DNA of 64,000 bases from Candidatus Bathyarchaeia archaeon (lineage in GTDB: Archaea > Thermoproteota > Bathyarchaeia > Bathyarchaeales > Bathycorpusculaceae), in contig JBEKXL010000007.1 in assembly GCA_049512075.1 (NCBI GenBank), positions 39,751-103,750 on the forward strand, given 5' to 3'. The notes beneath the pieces were generated by a model. That model saw only the letters and a list, made by a program, of their open reading frames with translations. It did no database searches and was not told where the DNA came from. Made by a program: the position numbers and the translations under genes. This document shows positions 8,888-19,393 of the stretch, one piece after another (positions within the stretch are counted from its first letter, which is position 1; every line of letters begins with the position of its first letter).

Positions 8888-9598
8888 GTGACTAGAGCGT
8901 TGTATCTGGAGGACAGTTATCTCAAAGAATGTGACGCTGTCGTTGCTTCGGTGAAGGACGAAAAATACGTCGTTTTGGATCAGACCATCTTCTACCCAAA
9001 GGGAGGCGGTCAACCCTGCGATACTGGAAAAATCATCAGCGGAAATGAGGTTTACAACGTTGTTTATGTCGGCAAATTCTCCGGCGAAATCAGTCACGAG
9101 GTCGATCGTTTGGGTTTGAAAGCAAGTGACAAAGTTCACTGCGTGCTGGACTGGGACCGAAGGTACAGGCTCATGCGAAGCCACACAGCAGCCCACCTTT
9201 TCGCTTCACTGTTGTGCAACGGCACGGGCGCGCTTGTCACAGGCAACCAGCTTGAAACAGACAAGATACGCTTCGACTTCAGCTTGGAACAGTTCAACCC
9301 TGAAATCCTAGAAAAATACGTGGCCAAAACGAACGAACTACTCAAAAAAGACACGCCAGTAAAATCCTATGAACTTCCAAAAGAAGAAGCCCTCAAAATC
9401 CCCGGCGTAGTAAAAATGGCAGAAGCCTTCCCACCAGACATCCCCCGCCTCCGCATCGTAGAACTCGTCGACCTCGACAAACAAGCCGACGGAGGAACAC
9501 ACGTCAAAAACCTGGAAGAGGTCGGCCAAATAAAACTGCTCAAGACCGAAAACAAAGGCAAAAACAACAGAAGAATCTACTTCACCCTGACACCTTGA
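8888..9598 (+). CDS. alaX: Alanyl-tRNA editing protein AlaX-M
   Basis: LDQTIFYPKGGGQPCDTG, MRSHTAAH, DGGTHV. Confidence 0.92.
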   Translation: MTRALYLEDSYLKECDAVVASVKDEKYVVLDQTIFYPKGGGQPCDTGKIISGNEVYNVVYVGKFSGEISHEVDRLGLKASDKVHCVLDWDRRYRLMRSHTAAHLFASLLCNGTGALVTGNQLETDKIRFDFSLEQFNPEILEKYVAKTNELLKKDTPVKSYELPKEEALKIPGVVKMAEAFPPDIPRLRIVELVDLDKQADGGTHVKNLEEVGQIKLLKTENKGKNNRRIYFTLTP

Positions 9599-9808
9599 CC
9601 TTCAGGAAACCCCACTGGAAATTGAGGGCTTATTGAAATCTAGGCGTAGAGGGCTCCTTTCAATACGTGGCCCAGAGTCAATCAAGCATCGATGCACTTT
9701 CGAGCGTCAGGACCTTCGCAGATCTTGGCAAAATGTCTTCTCGGAGGAGGCAAAAGTTTTCAAACGTCAAATACCTATTCACACCATGCTTGGGGAAAGT
9801 GAGAGCCT

Positions 9809-11287
9809 GTGTCTAAGAGCGAGCTGAGAATTCAGTATTCGGGCCTCATCATATTCGCAGCTCAGCTAATCAGCGTGGTCACAGGCATGGCATTCATTCT
9901 ATTACTTACAAGAAACATGACAACAGACCAATATGGTGTATGGGGAAACATCTTCGACGTAACAGGTTACTTCCTGTTGTTTTCAGGGTTCATCCCGTTC
10001 TGGGCAATACGGTTTGTCGCTCGGGGAGAAGAAGGCGCAACTAAGACAGCTTTTGTGGCAAACCTCACCGTGGCCATAGCTTCAGCCGCGGCATACATTC
10101 CAATAGCCCCCCTTATCGCAGCGAGTCTTCACATCACTGAAACCAGTGTTTACGTCTTGGCCTCAGCTCAAATGGTCACCGTGTACGCTGTTAGCACGCT
10201 TGAATCTTGTCTGCGTGCGAAAAGACCCCAGGCAATAGGATATGGCCTCCTGTTGGAAGAAGTGGTCAAACTTAGCCTGGCTTACCTGTTTATCGTGAGA
10301 CTTCAGCAGTTGTTCATAGGCGCCATGCTCAGCCTCATCCTATCCGGTTCATTCCAAACGCTCTTCTATTTGAAGCTCTTGTCAAAGGATATCCGACAAA
10401 AAGTCCAGTGGAGCTACGTTAGAGAATGGCTCAAGGGCTCAGCAGCACTCGTTTACAACGCTGTTGGAGGGCAATTGGCCAATTTCGTTCTTATTCTGCT
10501 TATTATTTACGGAACCCAATCAGGCAGAGGTGACTACCTGGCAGCAACGACATTTGCAACCATCATCGGATACTCCTCATCCTTGGCGTTTGCACTCTAC
10601 CCGAAATTGCTAGCTGAAAATAGCTTGAGAGAAATAACCGCATCTCTTAAAACGGTGCTAATGTTCGCGCTCCCACTGGTAGCAATCATCATCTCGATGT
10701 CACCATCCCTCCTAACGGTCCTGAAAATATCCTACCGCGAGGCCTGGCCCGTACTCATCGTCCTCTCAATCGATGCCCTCATATCTCTGGTATCGACATT
10801 CTACACCAACGTGCTTTACGGTGTTGAAAAACTAGACGAAGAAGCAAGAATACCGCTCAGAAAACTCGTTAAGAGCAAGATGTTCAAGCTGCTGACATTA
10901 CCTTACATACAAGCTGCTCTCACCCTGCCAACAACACTGTACATTTTGACCCAATTCACGAACGGGCAGGCTGTGCGAGCAGCCACTTACGTGGCAATCA
11001 TCATCATGGCTGCCCATGCTATCATGCTTCTTCTCACCTACCTTATCATGGGAACATCAGTGAGAATAGTTGTTCCTTGGGGAAGCATAGGAAAATACGT
11101 TTTCGCTTCATCCGTCACCGCAGTTATCCTGTACGTGCTTCCTCACCCGGCGACGCTGGCTTTGACCTTCGTTGCTGTTATCGTAGGAGCAGCGATATAT
11201 GCCGCATTGCTGTTGGCAATCGACATAGATGCGAGAATGCTGGTTCGTTCAATACTGCAGGAAATCGGGTTGGTACCCAAGCAATAG
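9809..11287 (+). CDS. MOP/MATE-superfamily (Wzx-like) flippase/exporter
   Basis: About 14 hydrophobic segments; N-terminal LLTRNMTTDQYGVW typical of Wzx-like proteins. Confidence 0.65.
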   Translation: MSKSELRIQYSGLIIFAAQLISVVTGMAFILLLTRNMTTDQYGVWGNIFDVTGYFLLFSGFIPFWAIRFVARGEEGATKTAFVANLTVAIASAAAYIPIAPLIAASLHITETSVYVLASAQMVTVYAVSTLESCLRAKRPQAIGYGLLLEEVVKLSLAYLFIVRLQQLFIGAMLSLILSGSFQTLFYLKLLSKDIRQKVQWSYVREWLKGSAALVYNAVGGQLANFVLILLIIYGTQSGRGDYLAATTFATIIGYSSSLAFALYPKLLAENSLREITASLKTVLMFALPLVAIIISMSPSLLTVLKISYREAWPVLIVLSIDALISLVSTFYTNVLYGVEKLDEEARIPLRKLVKSKMFKLLTLPYIQAALTLPTTLYILTQFTNGQAVRAATYVAIIIMAAHAIMLLLTYLIMGTSVRIVVPWGSIGKYVFASSVTAVILYVLPHPATLALTFVAVIVGAAIYAALLLAIDIDARMLVRSILQEIGLVPKQ

Positions 11288-11451
11288 GCTCATCGCATAA
11301 AACTGGCCAGGCATCTGAAAAATGACCTTTGCCAACGGTGTGAAACCGCTTGAACGCAAGCTTTTCGATGTTAGGAAGCAAGGATTTACAAGCAAAAGCT
11401 ATATGAAAACAGCCTGCTAAATCATGTCTCATTACTAGGAGAGGAAAGCAT

Positions 11452-12240
11452 TTGGACATAATTGTTTGTGTCAAGCATGTTCCAGAAACGGCTGAGGCAG
11501 AGTTGAAAATTGACTCTACGGGCAAAGCTATAGACAAAACAGGCTTGGTCTTTGACATCAACGAATGGGACGATTATGCGTTGGAAGAAGCAGTGCGCAT
11601 GAAGGAAAAGCAGGGAGGAACCGTCACGGCCATAACCATAGGCGCTGAAGACTCTGACACGACCCTGAGAAAATGTCTCGCCCGAGGAGCTGACAAAGCC
11701 ATAAGGCTTACAGACCCGAAATTCAACGATTCGGATGGGTACGCCATAGCAAAAATTTTGCACAGCGTAATCAAAACTTTGCATTTCGACTTGATCCTGA
11801 CAGGAATGCAAGCAGGCGACGACGGCCAGGCCATTGTGGGCCCGATTCTTGCAGAAATGCTCAAGGTCCCTCACGCGACGATGGTAAAGAAAATCGAGCT
11901 TGCCACAGGCACAGCTAAAGTCAACAGAGAGCTTGAAGGCGGATTGGAAGAGCAGGTTGAAGTGAAAACGCCCGCGTTGCTTTCGGTTCAGACAGGGATA
12001 AACGAGCCAAGATACGTTTCAATAATGGGCATCAGAAAAGCCATGCAGAAAGAAATAAAACTCATGACCCTGGCAGACACTGGCCTAACTGAGAACGATG
12101 TTGGTGCAGCAGGATCGTGGGTCAGAATAGAGAAGATGTACGTTCCGCCGGTCGAGAAACAAGCAGAATTCATCAAGGGAAGCCCTGATGAAATCGCGGC
12201 AAGAATAACTGAAATCCTCAAGTCAAGGGGGTTGATCTAG
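11452..12240 (+). CDS. etfB: Electron transfer flavoprotein beta subunit
   Basis: IIVCVKHVP, INEWDDYALEEA, RGADKA, INEPRY. Confidence 0.95.
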   Translation: MDIIVCVKHVPETAEAELKIDSTGKAIDKTGLVFDINEWDDYALEEAVRMKEKQGGTVTAITIGAEDSDTTLRKCLARGADKAIRLTDPKFNDSDGYAIAKILHSVIKTLHFDLILTGMQAGDDGQAIVGPILAEMLKVPHATMVKKIELATGTAKVNRELEGGLEEQVEVKTPALLSVQTGINEPRYVSIMGIRKAMQKEIKLMTLADTGLTENDVGAAGSWVRIEKMYVPPVEKQAEFIKGSPDEIAARITEILKSRGLI

Positions 12241-12241
12241 A

Positions 12242-13237
12242 ATGGCCAAAATCTTCGTTTTAGCCGAGCACCGGCAAGGGCAAATCAGAGACATAACCTA
12301 TGAGATGCTCACGAAAGCGCGAGAACTGTCCGAAAAGACCGGCTCAGAACTGACAGCCCTTCTTCTTGGCAAAGACGTGAAAGAACATGCAAAGATGCTG
12401 GCAGAATACGCGAAGACCGTTGTACTGGTTGACGATGCCAAACTTGAAAACTTCAACTCTGAAGCTTACAAGCAAATCTTGTCAACCCTAATCACCCAAC
12501 ACAAGCCCCTACTGGTCATGATGGGCCACACCTCCTACGGCGTGGACCTTGCCCCAAGATTGGCAACAGCGCTGAACCTGCCGCTCGCAACAGACTGCAT
12601 AGATCTAGCATTTGAAAACGGCGCGCTCACCGTAACGCGGCAAATGTTCGGCGGCAAGGTAAACGTCAAAGCCGCTGCCAGAAAGGCTGAAACTTATATC
12701 ACAACAGTTCGTCAGGCGACGTTCGCGCCGCAAAAACCCTCACCGCCCGCAAACGGACAAATCGTTGAGACCGCCTCACCTTTAACGGAGGAAATAGCCG
12801 AAAAGCGGTTCATACAGTACGTTTCGGCTCCCCCAGGCGGAGTTGACATAACAGCCGCTGAGAAACTCGTGGGCATCGGTCGCGGAATAAAAGACGTCGC
12901 CAACATGCCAGTAGCAGATGAACTCGCAAAAACATTGGGCGGAGTACTTGCCTGTTCACGTCCAATCGTGGACAAAGGCTGGCTTCCCACAGATCGTCAA
13001 GTGGGCACTTCCGGAAAGACCGTGAAACCAAAACTGTATCTCGCCCTCGGAATCAGCGGTGCGTTCCAGCACGTGCTCGGAATGAAAAGCTCAGACCTGA
13101 TAATAGCCGTGAACAAAGACCCCAAAGCACCAATTTTCAGCTACGCCGACTACGCCGTGGTCGAAGACCTATTCAAAATAGTTCCTTCTCTAAGGAACAA
13201 AATAAATGAATCAAAAACGCAGAGGACCTGCAAGTAA
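12242..13237 (+). CDS. etfA: Electron transfer flavoprotein alpha subunit
   Basis: GIGRG, ACSRPIVD, QVGTSGKTVKPKLYLALGISGAFQH, INKDP-like. Confidence 0.95.
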   Translation: MAKIFVLAEHRQGQIRDITYEMLTKARELSEKTGSELTALLLGKDVKEHAKMLAEYAKTVVLVDDAKLENFNSEAYKQILSTLITQHKPLLVMMGHTSYGVDLAPRLATALNLPLATDCIDLAFENGALTVTRQMFGGKVNVKAAARKAETYITTVRQATFAPQKPSPPANGQIVETASPLTEEIAEKRFIQYVSAPPGGVDITAAEKLVGIGRGIKDVANMPVADELAKTLGGVLACSRPIVDKGWLPTDRQVGTSGKTVKPKLYLALGISGAFQHVLGMKSSDLIIAVNKDPKAPIFSYADYAVVEDLFKIVPSLRNKINESKTQRTCK

Positions 13238-13254
13238 CTAGGAGAGAAGAACAG

Positions 13255-14406
13255 ATGGACTTCAAACTGAACGATGAACAACAGGAGATAAAACGTGCAG
13301 TTCGCGAATTCTGCACTAAAGAATTGACTCCAGAACTTGCGCTGGAGCTTGACCAAAAAGAAGAGTTCCCAATGGCCCTCTACAAAAAGGCTGCACAGCT
13401 CGGATTCACAAGCATGCGAATACCGCAGGAATACGATGGACAAGGGTACGGCGTGTTGGAAGACTGCTTGGCGGTCGAAGAAATGTGCCGAGCAGACCCA
13501 GGCCTGGGAGTCGCAATCTCGCTTGGAAACCTCATGGTTCCAGACGTCCTTCTGAAACACGGAAATGAAGAGCAAAAAAAGAAATACATCCCGCCTCTGG
13601 CAAGAGGCGACAAAATAGCTGCAGCAGCATTCACCGAACCCGAGCACGGTAGCGACATAACACGCATGGACTCAACCGCAGTGAGAAACGGAAACGAATG
13701 GACTATCAACGGAGCAAAAGAATTCATAACGAACGCCACCAGCGCCGACACGTTCATCCTTCTCTGCCAATCAGACCCAAACGCTCAGCCTTCACACCGA
13801 GGACAAAGCATCTTCCTCGCAGAGAAAGGCACGTGCGGGCTCGAAGCAACCAAACTACACGGGAAAATGGGCATCAAACCATGCGTAACAGGCTCACTTT
13901 CAATGGCCGACCTCAAGGTACCAGAAACCAACCTGGTAGGCGAACAGGGAAAAGGCTTCTACTACACGCTCGAACTCTTCGACGGAACCAGAATAACCGT
14001 CGCAGCCCAAGCAGTCGGCATGGCACAAGGAGCTTTTGAACGAGCACTAGCCTACGCGAAGACTCGGAAACAATTCGGGCAACCAATAATCAACTTCGAG
14101 GGCATTAGCTTCAAACTCGCAGAGATGATGATAAAAGTCGAGTCCGCTAGGCTAATGACGTACAAGGCAGCATGGCTCTACGACAAAGAAAAGCCGAACG
14201 CCGTTGCCACCTCAATGGCCAAGGCCTACGCAGGCCGCGTCGCAATGGAAGTGACAGACGATGCCATCCAGATCTTCGGAGGCTACGGTTACCTAGCCGA
14301 CTACCACGTCGAACGATTCCACAGATGCGCAAAAATAACAGAAATCTACGAAGGCACGAGCGAAATGCAAAAATACACAATAGCCAACTACCTAGCCAAA
14401 CAGTAG
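13255..14406 (+). CDS. Acyl-CoA dehydrogenase
   Basis: FTEPEHGSD, INGAKEFITN, RKQFGQPI, QIFGGYGY, IYEGTSE. Confidence 0.95.
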   Translation: MDFKLNDEQQEIKRAVREFCTKELTPELALELDQKEEFPMALYKKAAQLGFTSMRIPQEYDGQGYGVLEDCLAVEEMCRADPGLGVAISLGNLMVPDVLLKHGNEEQKKKYIPPLARGDKIAAAAFTEPEHGSDITRMDSTAVRNGNEWTINGAKEFITNATSADTFILLCQSDPNAQPSHRGQSIFLAEKGTCGLEATKLHGKMGIKPCVTGSLSMADLKVPETNLVGEQGKGFYYTLELFDGTRITVAAQAVGMAQGAFERALAYAKTRKQFGQPIINFEGISFKLAEMMIKVESARLMTYKAAWLYDKEKPNAVATSMAKAYAGRVAMEVTDDAIQIFGGYGYLADYHVERFHRCAKITEIYEGTSEMQKYTIANYLAKQ

Positions 14407-14487
14407 CGGTCCCCTTCTTCCTTTTTCGCTCTGCAATCTAAAAGCACAAATTCACAAGTCTTATTACCATTCTTCGTCCACTCTAGA

Positions 14488-15699
14488 ATGTCCAACGGAG
14501 GAAACATTTTGACAGCTGAAAAGATAAAGAAGGCAACGGTCATCGGCTCTGGTTCAATGGGCCATGGAATAACTCAACTCTTGGCAATGAACGGGTGCGA
14601 AGTCACCATGGTGGACATAAACGATGAAATACTGCAGAAAGCCAAGGAAAAAATAAAGTGGAGCCTCGGCAAGCTCGCTGAGAAGAAACGCATAAGACAA
14701 GAAGACGCTGACGCAGCGCTGGCGCGGATAGCCACCACTACCAGCTATGAGCAAGCAGGCAAGGACATTGACTTTGCAATAGAAGCCTCTCCCGAAAACA
14801 TAGAGCTGAAGAGAACCGTTTTCGCCAAACTTGACCAAGTAACCCCTCCGCATGCCATACTGGCGTCTAACACGTCAACACTGAGCATAACAGAAATGGG
14901 AAAAGCAACCAAACGCCCAGATAGAGTGGCTGGGATGCACTTCTTCAATCCACCTCAAATGATGGCGTTAGTCGAAGTTATCAAAGGAGACAGCACAAGC
15001 CCAGAAACCATCACAACCTTGGCGGAGCTGGCTAGGAAACTCGGAAAAACACCGATAATCGTGAGAAAGGACGTGCGAGGCTTTATCGTCAACCGTGTAC
15101 TCGGAGCTGTTTTCAACGAGGCCTTCTGGGCTTACCAACGGAAAGAAGCAACCATGGAAGGAATCGACGCCTCAGTAAAGTACACGGGCGGTTTCCCAAT
15201 GGGATGGTTCGAACTCGCTGACTTTGTCGGGCTCGACATAGCCTACGAGGTTGGGAGAATACTCTACGAGGCTTACGGCGAAAGGTTCAAACCGTGCTCA
15301 GAAGTAATCGACCCCTTGATAAAAGACCATAAGTTCGGACAGAAAACGGGCGTGGGCTTCTACGACTGGACAAAGGGTCGGCCGAGGATACCGTTCAACA
15401 TGCTGGACGAGTATGACGTCGACAGGTCATGGGCAGTCGCCGCGAACGAGGCTGCTTGGCTGATTTATGACGAAGCTGCAAACCCTGAAGACATCGACAC
15501 GGGAATGAAACTGGGAACATACTGGCCCTCGGGTCCATGCGAACACGCAGACCGGGCAGGGCTAGACGCAATTGTCGGCAAGCTTAAAGAGCTGTACGCG
15601 AAGTACACTATGGAAATGTACAAACCTTGCCCCATCCTCGAAGAGTATGTGAGCAAGGGGTGGACTGGAAAGAAAGCTGGAAGGGGGTTTTACAAATGA
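14488..15699 (+). CDS. 3-hydroxyacyl-CoA dehydrogenase with duplicated C-terminal domain
   Basis: GSGSMGHGI, ASNTS, GMHFFNP, GFIVNR, two GxKxGxGFY motifs. Alternative TTG start at 14509. Confidence 0.93.
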   Translation: MSNGGNILTAEKIKKATVIGSGSMGHGITQLLAMNGCEVTMVDINDEILQKAKEKIKWSLGKLAEKKRIRQEDADAALARIATTTSYEQAGKDIDFAIEASPENIELKRTVFAKLDQVTPPHAILASNTSTLSITEMGKATKRPDRVAGMHFFNPPQMMALVEVIKGDSTSPETITTLAELARKLGKTPIIVRKDVRGFIVNRVLGAVFNEAFWAYQRKEATMEGIDASVKYTGGFPMGWFELADFVGLDIAYEVGRILYEAYGERFKPCSEVIDPLIKDHKFGQKTGVGFYDWTKGRPRIPFNMLDEYDVDRSWAVAANEAAWLIYDEAANPEDIDTGMKLGTYWPSGPCEHADRAGLDAIVGKLKELYAKYTMEMYKPCPILEEYVSKGWTGKKAGRGFYK

Positions 15700-16850
15700 A
15701 ATTCGAGTTGACAGAAGAACAACTTCACATCAAGAATGCCGTCCGAGAGTTTTGCCAAAAAGAGTTCAAACTCGAACTGGCGCTGGAGCTTGACAAGAAA
15801 GAGGAATATCCACTGGACTTGTACAAGGCCGCTGCGAAGCTGGGTTTTACGAGCATGTCTTTTCCAGAAGAATACGGCGGTCAAGGATGCGGACTGTTCG
15901 AGACTTGCATCGCAGTAGAAGAGATGTGCCGGGGCGACTCCTCATTAGGTGTGGCAATTTCGAGCGGCAACTTCGGAAGCGAATTCATCCTCGAACACGG
16001 AACCAAAGAACAGAAAGAAAAATACCTGCCCCCCATATGCAAGGGCGACTATCTTTCTGCGGCAGCGTTCACTGAGCCAAACATCAGCGGAAGCGAAATA
16101 ACCAAAATGGAAACCACGGCAACAAAATACGGAAACGAATGGTGGATAAGCGGCCAGAAGACCTTCATAACAAACGCCACTATGGCGGATTTCGTCGTTG
16201 TTCTTGCACAAACGGACACGAAAATCAGACCCACTCACCGAGGAGAAACATTGTTCGTGGTTGAAAAGGGAACCGCGGGCTTTGAAGCCACAAAGCTCCA
16301 TAACAAAATGGGAATAAGGGCCTCCACGACGGGTGAACTCAACTTCGACAACGTCAAAGTCACGGACTGGAACATAGTCGGCGAACTGAACAAAGGCTTC
16401 TACTATTCCATGGCATTCTTCGATAAGACAAGAGTAGGCGTTGCAGCACAAGCCACCGGAATGGCGCAAGGAGCTTGGGAAATAGCGTTCAAGTACGCAA
16501 AACAGAGGGAGGCTTCTGGGGCTCCGATATTGCAGCACGAAGCAATCGGCGTGACACTGGCTGAAATGGCCACGAAAATCGAAGCCGCAAGGCTGTTAAC
16601 GTACAAGGCGGCTTCATTGGTTGACGAAGGAAAAATGGATCCCATGGCAACAGCAATGGCGAAGTACTACGCTTCTCACGTTGCGATGGAAGTCACGAAC
16701 GGGGCAATCCAAACTCTGGGAGGCTACGGATACTTCGGCGAGTACAGAGTTGAAAAATACCATCGTGACGCAAAAATAACTGAAATCTACGAGGGAACTT
16801 CTGAAATTCAAAAACTTCAAGTGCTCAAGTACCTCCTCAGCAAATACTAG
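15696..16850 (+). CDS. Acyl-CoA dehydrogenase (paralog 2)
   Basis: FTEP.SGS, GQKTFITN, QTLGGYGY, IYEGTSEIQ; ATGA overlap with the upstream gene. Confidence 0.95.
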   Translation: MKFELTEEQLHIKNAVREFCQKEFKLELALELDKKEEYPLDLYKAAAKLGFTSMSFPEEYGGQGCGLFETCIAVEEMCRGDSSLGVAISSGNFGSEFILEHGTKEQKEKYLPPICKGDYLSAAAFTEPNISGSEITKMETTATKYGNEWWISGQKTFITNATMADFVVVLAQTDTKIRPTHRGETLFVVEKGTAGFEATKLHNKMGIRASTTGELNFDNVKVTDWNIVGELNKGFYYSMAFFDKTRVGVAAQATGMAQGAWEIAFKYAKQREASGAPILQHEAIGVTLAEMATKIEAARLLTYKAASLVDEGKMDPMATAMAKYYASHVAMEVTNGAIQTLGGYGYFGEYRVEKYHRDAKITEIYEGTSEIQKLQVLKYLLSKY

Positions 16851-16910
16851 CAAATCATGCGCAAAAAAAGTCATATATGTTTACAGAAGTAACTCTGTAG
16901 TAGGTGATAT

Positions 16911-17702
16911 TTGTTGAGCAAGTCGTATGAAACCATCAAAGTAGAAAGAGAACAGAACACGCTGTGGATAATACTGAACAGACAACATCGATTGAACGCC
17001 TTCAATGACGTTTTGCTTGAGGAGCTCGGCGACATGCTGGAAACCGCTGAGAAAGACCCAACTGTCAAGTGCGTTGTAATTACTGGCGACGGAGACAGAG
17101 CCTTCAGCGCAGGTGCAGACGTAACCATGTTTCCGAAGGCAACTCCGGTTAAGGCTGAGGAATTCTCAAGAGCAGGTCAGAAGACTTTCGGCAAGATAGA
17201 AGAAATGAGTAAGCCAGTTATAGCTGCGATCAACGGCTTCGCGCTCGGCGGAGGCTTGGAGCTAGCGTTGGCGTGCGACTTCAGAGTGGCTGCTGAACAC
17301 GCAGAGCTTGGAAGCCCCGAAATTGCCCTAGGACTGATACCGGGATGGGGTGGAACCCAAAGACTTGTCAGAATCATAGGATTGCCCAGAGCCAAGGATC
17401 TTGTGATGCTTGGAAACAGAGTGAAAGCGGATGAGGCTCTGAGAATCGGGTTGGTGCACAAGGTCGTGCATTACGAGAAGCTGCGAGAAGAGGTCGGGGA
17501 GATGGCGAAGAAGCTTTCAGAAGGTCCACCGATAGCTATGAAATACGCCAAGAGCGCGCTAAACTACGGAACACAAGTGCCTCTAGAAGTCGGATTGAGA
17601 TTGGAAGCAGGGTTGATGGGCTTGGCATTTTCCACTGAGGATCTCAAGGAAGGCGTCGAGGCTATGATGTCCAAGAGGAAGCCCGAGTTCAAAGGAAAAT
17701 GA
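16911..17702 (+). CDS. Enoyl-CoA hydratase (crotonase)
   Basis: AFSAGAD, ALGGGLELALACD, PEIALGLIPGWGGTQRL. Confidence 0.95.
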   Translation: MLSKSYETIKVEREQNTLWIILNRQHRLNAFNDVLLEELGDMLETAEKDPTVKCVVITGDGDRAFSAGADVTMFPKATPVKAEEFSRAGQKTFGKIEEMSKPVIAAINGFALGGGLELALACDFRVAAEHAELGSPEIALGLIPGWGGTQRLVRIIGLPRAKDLVMLGNRVKADEALRIGLVHKVVHYEKLREEVGEMAKKLSEGPPIAMKYAKSALNYGTQVPLEVGLRLEAGLMGLAFSTEDLKEGVEAMMSKRKPEFKGK

Positions 17703-17762
17703 TCTCTTACCTGTTTTTCTTTGTTATTTCCAAGTAAATCAAGAATAACGGATGTGGTTAGG

Positions 17763-18935
17763 TTGAGAAAGGTAGCGATCATAGGTGTTGGCAGCTCGAA
17801 GTTCGGTGTAAGAAACGACGTGACTATTTCGGAACTTGCGTTTGAAGCGGTTAAACCTTCTCTTGAAGACGCGGATCTAGCCGCGGAAGACATAGAGTTT
17901 GTCGCCCTTGGCTCAGTGGGAGCCGGAGCTTGGTACGAAGAGCTGCTTCCAGCGGTCGTGATCTCAGAGTATTGCGGCATGACCAAAGCGGGGTTGGTTC
18001 GCTGCGAAGCTGCGTGTGCAAGCGGCAGTGCGGCTTTCTTCACTGCCTATTCAGCCATTGCCAGCGGTCAGGCTGACATTGCCATGGCATTGGGCGCTGA
18101 GAAGATGAGGGAAATCGATTCAGCTACAGCCATGGAGTGGATTGGAAGGGCTGGATACTACCTCTGGGAATTCCACAACTTCGGCGTCACGTTCCCAGCA
18201 TACTATGCCCTGTACGCCAGCGCGCACATGGCCAAGTACGGGACCACTGAAGAAGACTTGGCCTTGGTTGCCGTTAAGAACCACAAGTACGGTTCGATGA
18301 ATCCGATTGCACATCTGCGAAACCGAGTGACGGTTGAAGACGTATTGTCCTCGATGGTCATTGCCTACCCTCTCAAACTGTATGACTGCTGTCCCTTGAC
18401 GGATGGTGCCTCTTCCCTCATTCTTGCTTCCGAAGAGAAAGTCAAAGAATTGAAGATTGACACTCCCGTGTGGGTGGCTGGAATTGGCTATTCTTCCGGG
18501 ACGGCAAATCTGAGCAAGAGATCAGATTTCGTTGGGTTGGAGGCCAGTGTCTTGGCCTCTGAGAGAGCGTACAAGGCCGCTGGAGTCACGCCGGATCAGA
18601 TTGAGGTTGCCGAAGTTCACGACTGCTTCACTATTGCAGAGATAATGGCCTACGAAGACATTGGACTGTGCAAAAAAGGTGAAGGCGTCAAACTCTTGCG
18701 CGAAGGACAAACAGAGATAGGCGGGAAGATACCCGTCAACATGGACGGAGGACTGAAGGCTAAGGGGCATCCGATAGGTACAACAGGTTGTGCAATGATT
18801 TACGAGCTAACCAAGCAACTCAGAGAAGAAGCAGTTGAAAAAACAAGACAAGTACCATTGAAAAACTACATCGCCCTCGCACACAACGTCGGCGGAACCG
18901 GCCACTACTGCTACGTCACAATTCTGAAGAGGTGA
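17763..18935 (+). CDS. Archaeal thiolase (SCP2-type acetyl-CoA C-acyltransferase)
   Basis: EAACASG, EVHDCF, KGHPIG, HNVGG; likely TTG start at 17763. Confidence 0.92.
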   Translation: MRKVAIIGVGSSKFGVRNDVTISELAFEAVKPSLEDADLAAEDIEFVALGSVGAGAWYEELLPAVVISEYCGMTKAGLVRCEAACASGSAAFFTAYSAIASGQADIAMALGAEKMREIDSATAMEWIGRAGYYLWEFHNFGVTFPAYYALYASAHMAKYGTTEEDLALVAVKNHKYGSMNPIAHLRNRVTVEDVLSSMVIAYPLKLYDCCPLTDGASSLILASEEKVKELKIDTPVWVAGIGYSSGTANLSKRSDFVGLEASVLASERAYKAAGVTPDQIEVAEVHDCFTIAEIMAYEDIGLCKKGEGVKLLREGQTEIGGKIPVNMDGGLKAKGHPIGTTGCAMIYELTKQLREEAVEKTRQVPLKNYIALAHNVGGTGHYCYVTILKR

Positions 18936-19372
18936 GTCATGTGTCGATGCCGTCAATCAAATCCAGAAAAATAGACATCGTTCAGGACATCCCTATAAGC
19001 AAGAGCCTGAAGTTCTGGGAAGGCCTGAAAGAAGGAAAAGTCTACGCTACCAAGTGCAAAGCTTGTGGAAAAATATTCTTCCCTCCGAACGCCGACTGCC
19101 CCGAGTGTTTGACGAACGATTTGGAGTGGGTTGAGCTTAGCAATGAAGCAGAGGTCGAAACCTTCACGCACGTGGTGATAAGACCTACCACTTTCCAACA
19201 GAACAAACCATACACCGTTGCAATCGGAAAGCTGAAAGAAGGCGTAAAAGTTCTTGCTTGGCTATTAGGATTCAAACTTTCAGAAATCAAGGTTGGCATG
19301 AAAGTGAAACTGATTGCCAAAACTTCAATGGAAGGAAATCCAACGTACGAATTTGTGCCCCTTCAACAATAA
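18932..19372 (+). CDS. DUF35 Zn-ribbon/OB-fold thiolase partner
   Basis: FWEGL...KCKACG..FFPP..DCPEC; overlaps the thiolase stop. Confidence 0.92.
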   Translation: MSHVSMPSIKSRKIDIVQDIPISKSLKFWEGLKEGKVYATKCKACGKIFFPPNADCPECLTNDLEWVELSNEAEVETFTHVVIRPTTFQQNKPYTVAIGKLKEGVKVLAWLLGFKLSEIKVGMKVKLIAKTSMEGNPTYEFVPLQQ

Positions 19373-19393
19373 TTGGCGTTGATTCAGCGGATT

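Noticed and set aside
9626-9673. TATTGAAA...TTTCAATA hairpin resembling a CRISPR repeat end
   Set aside because: Single inverted pair, with no repeat-spacer array and no cas genes.
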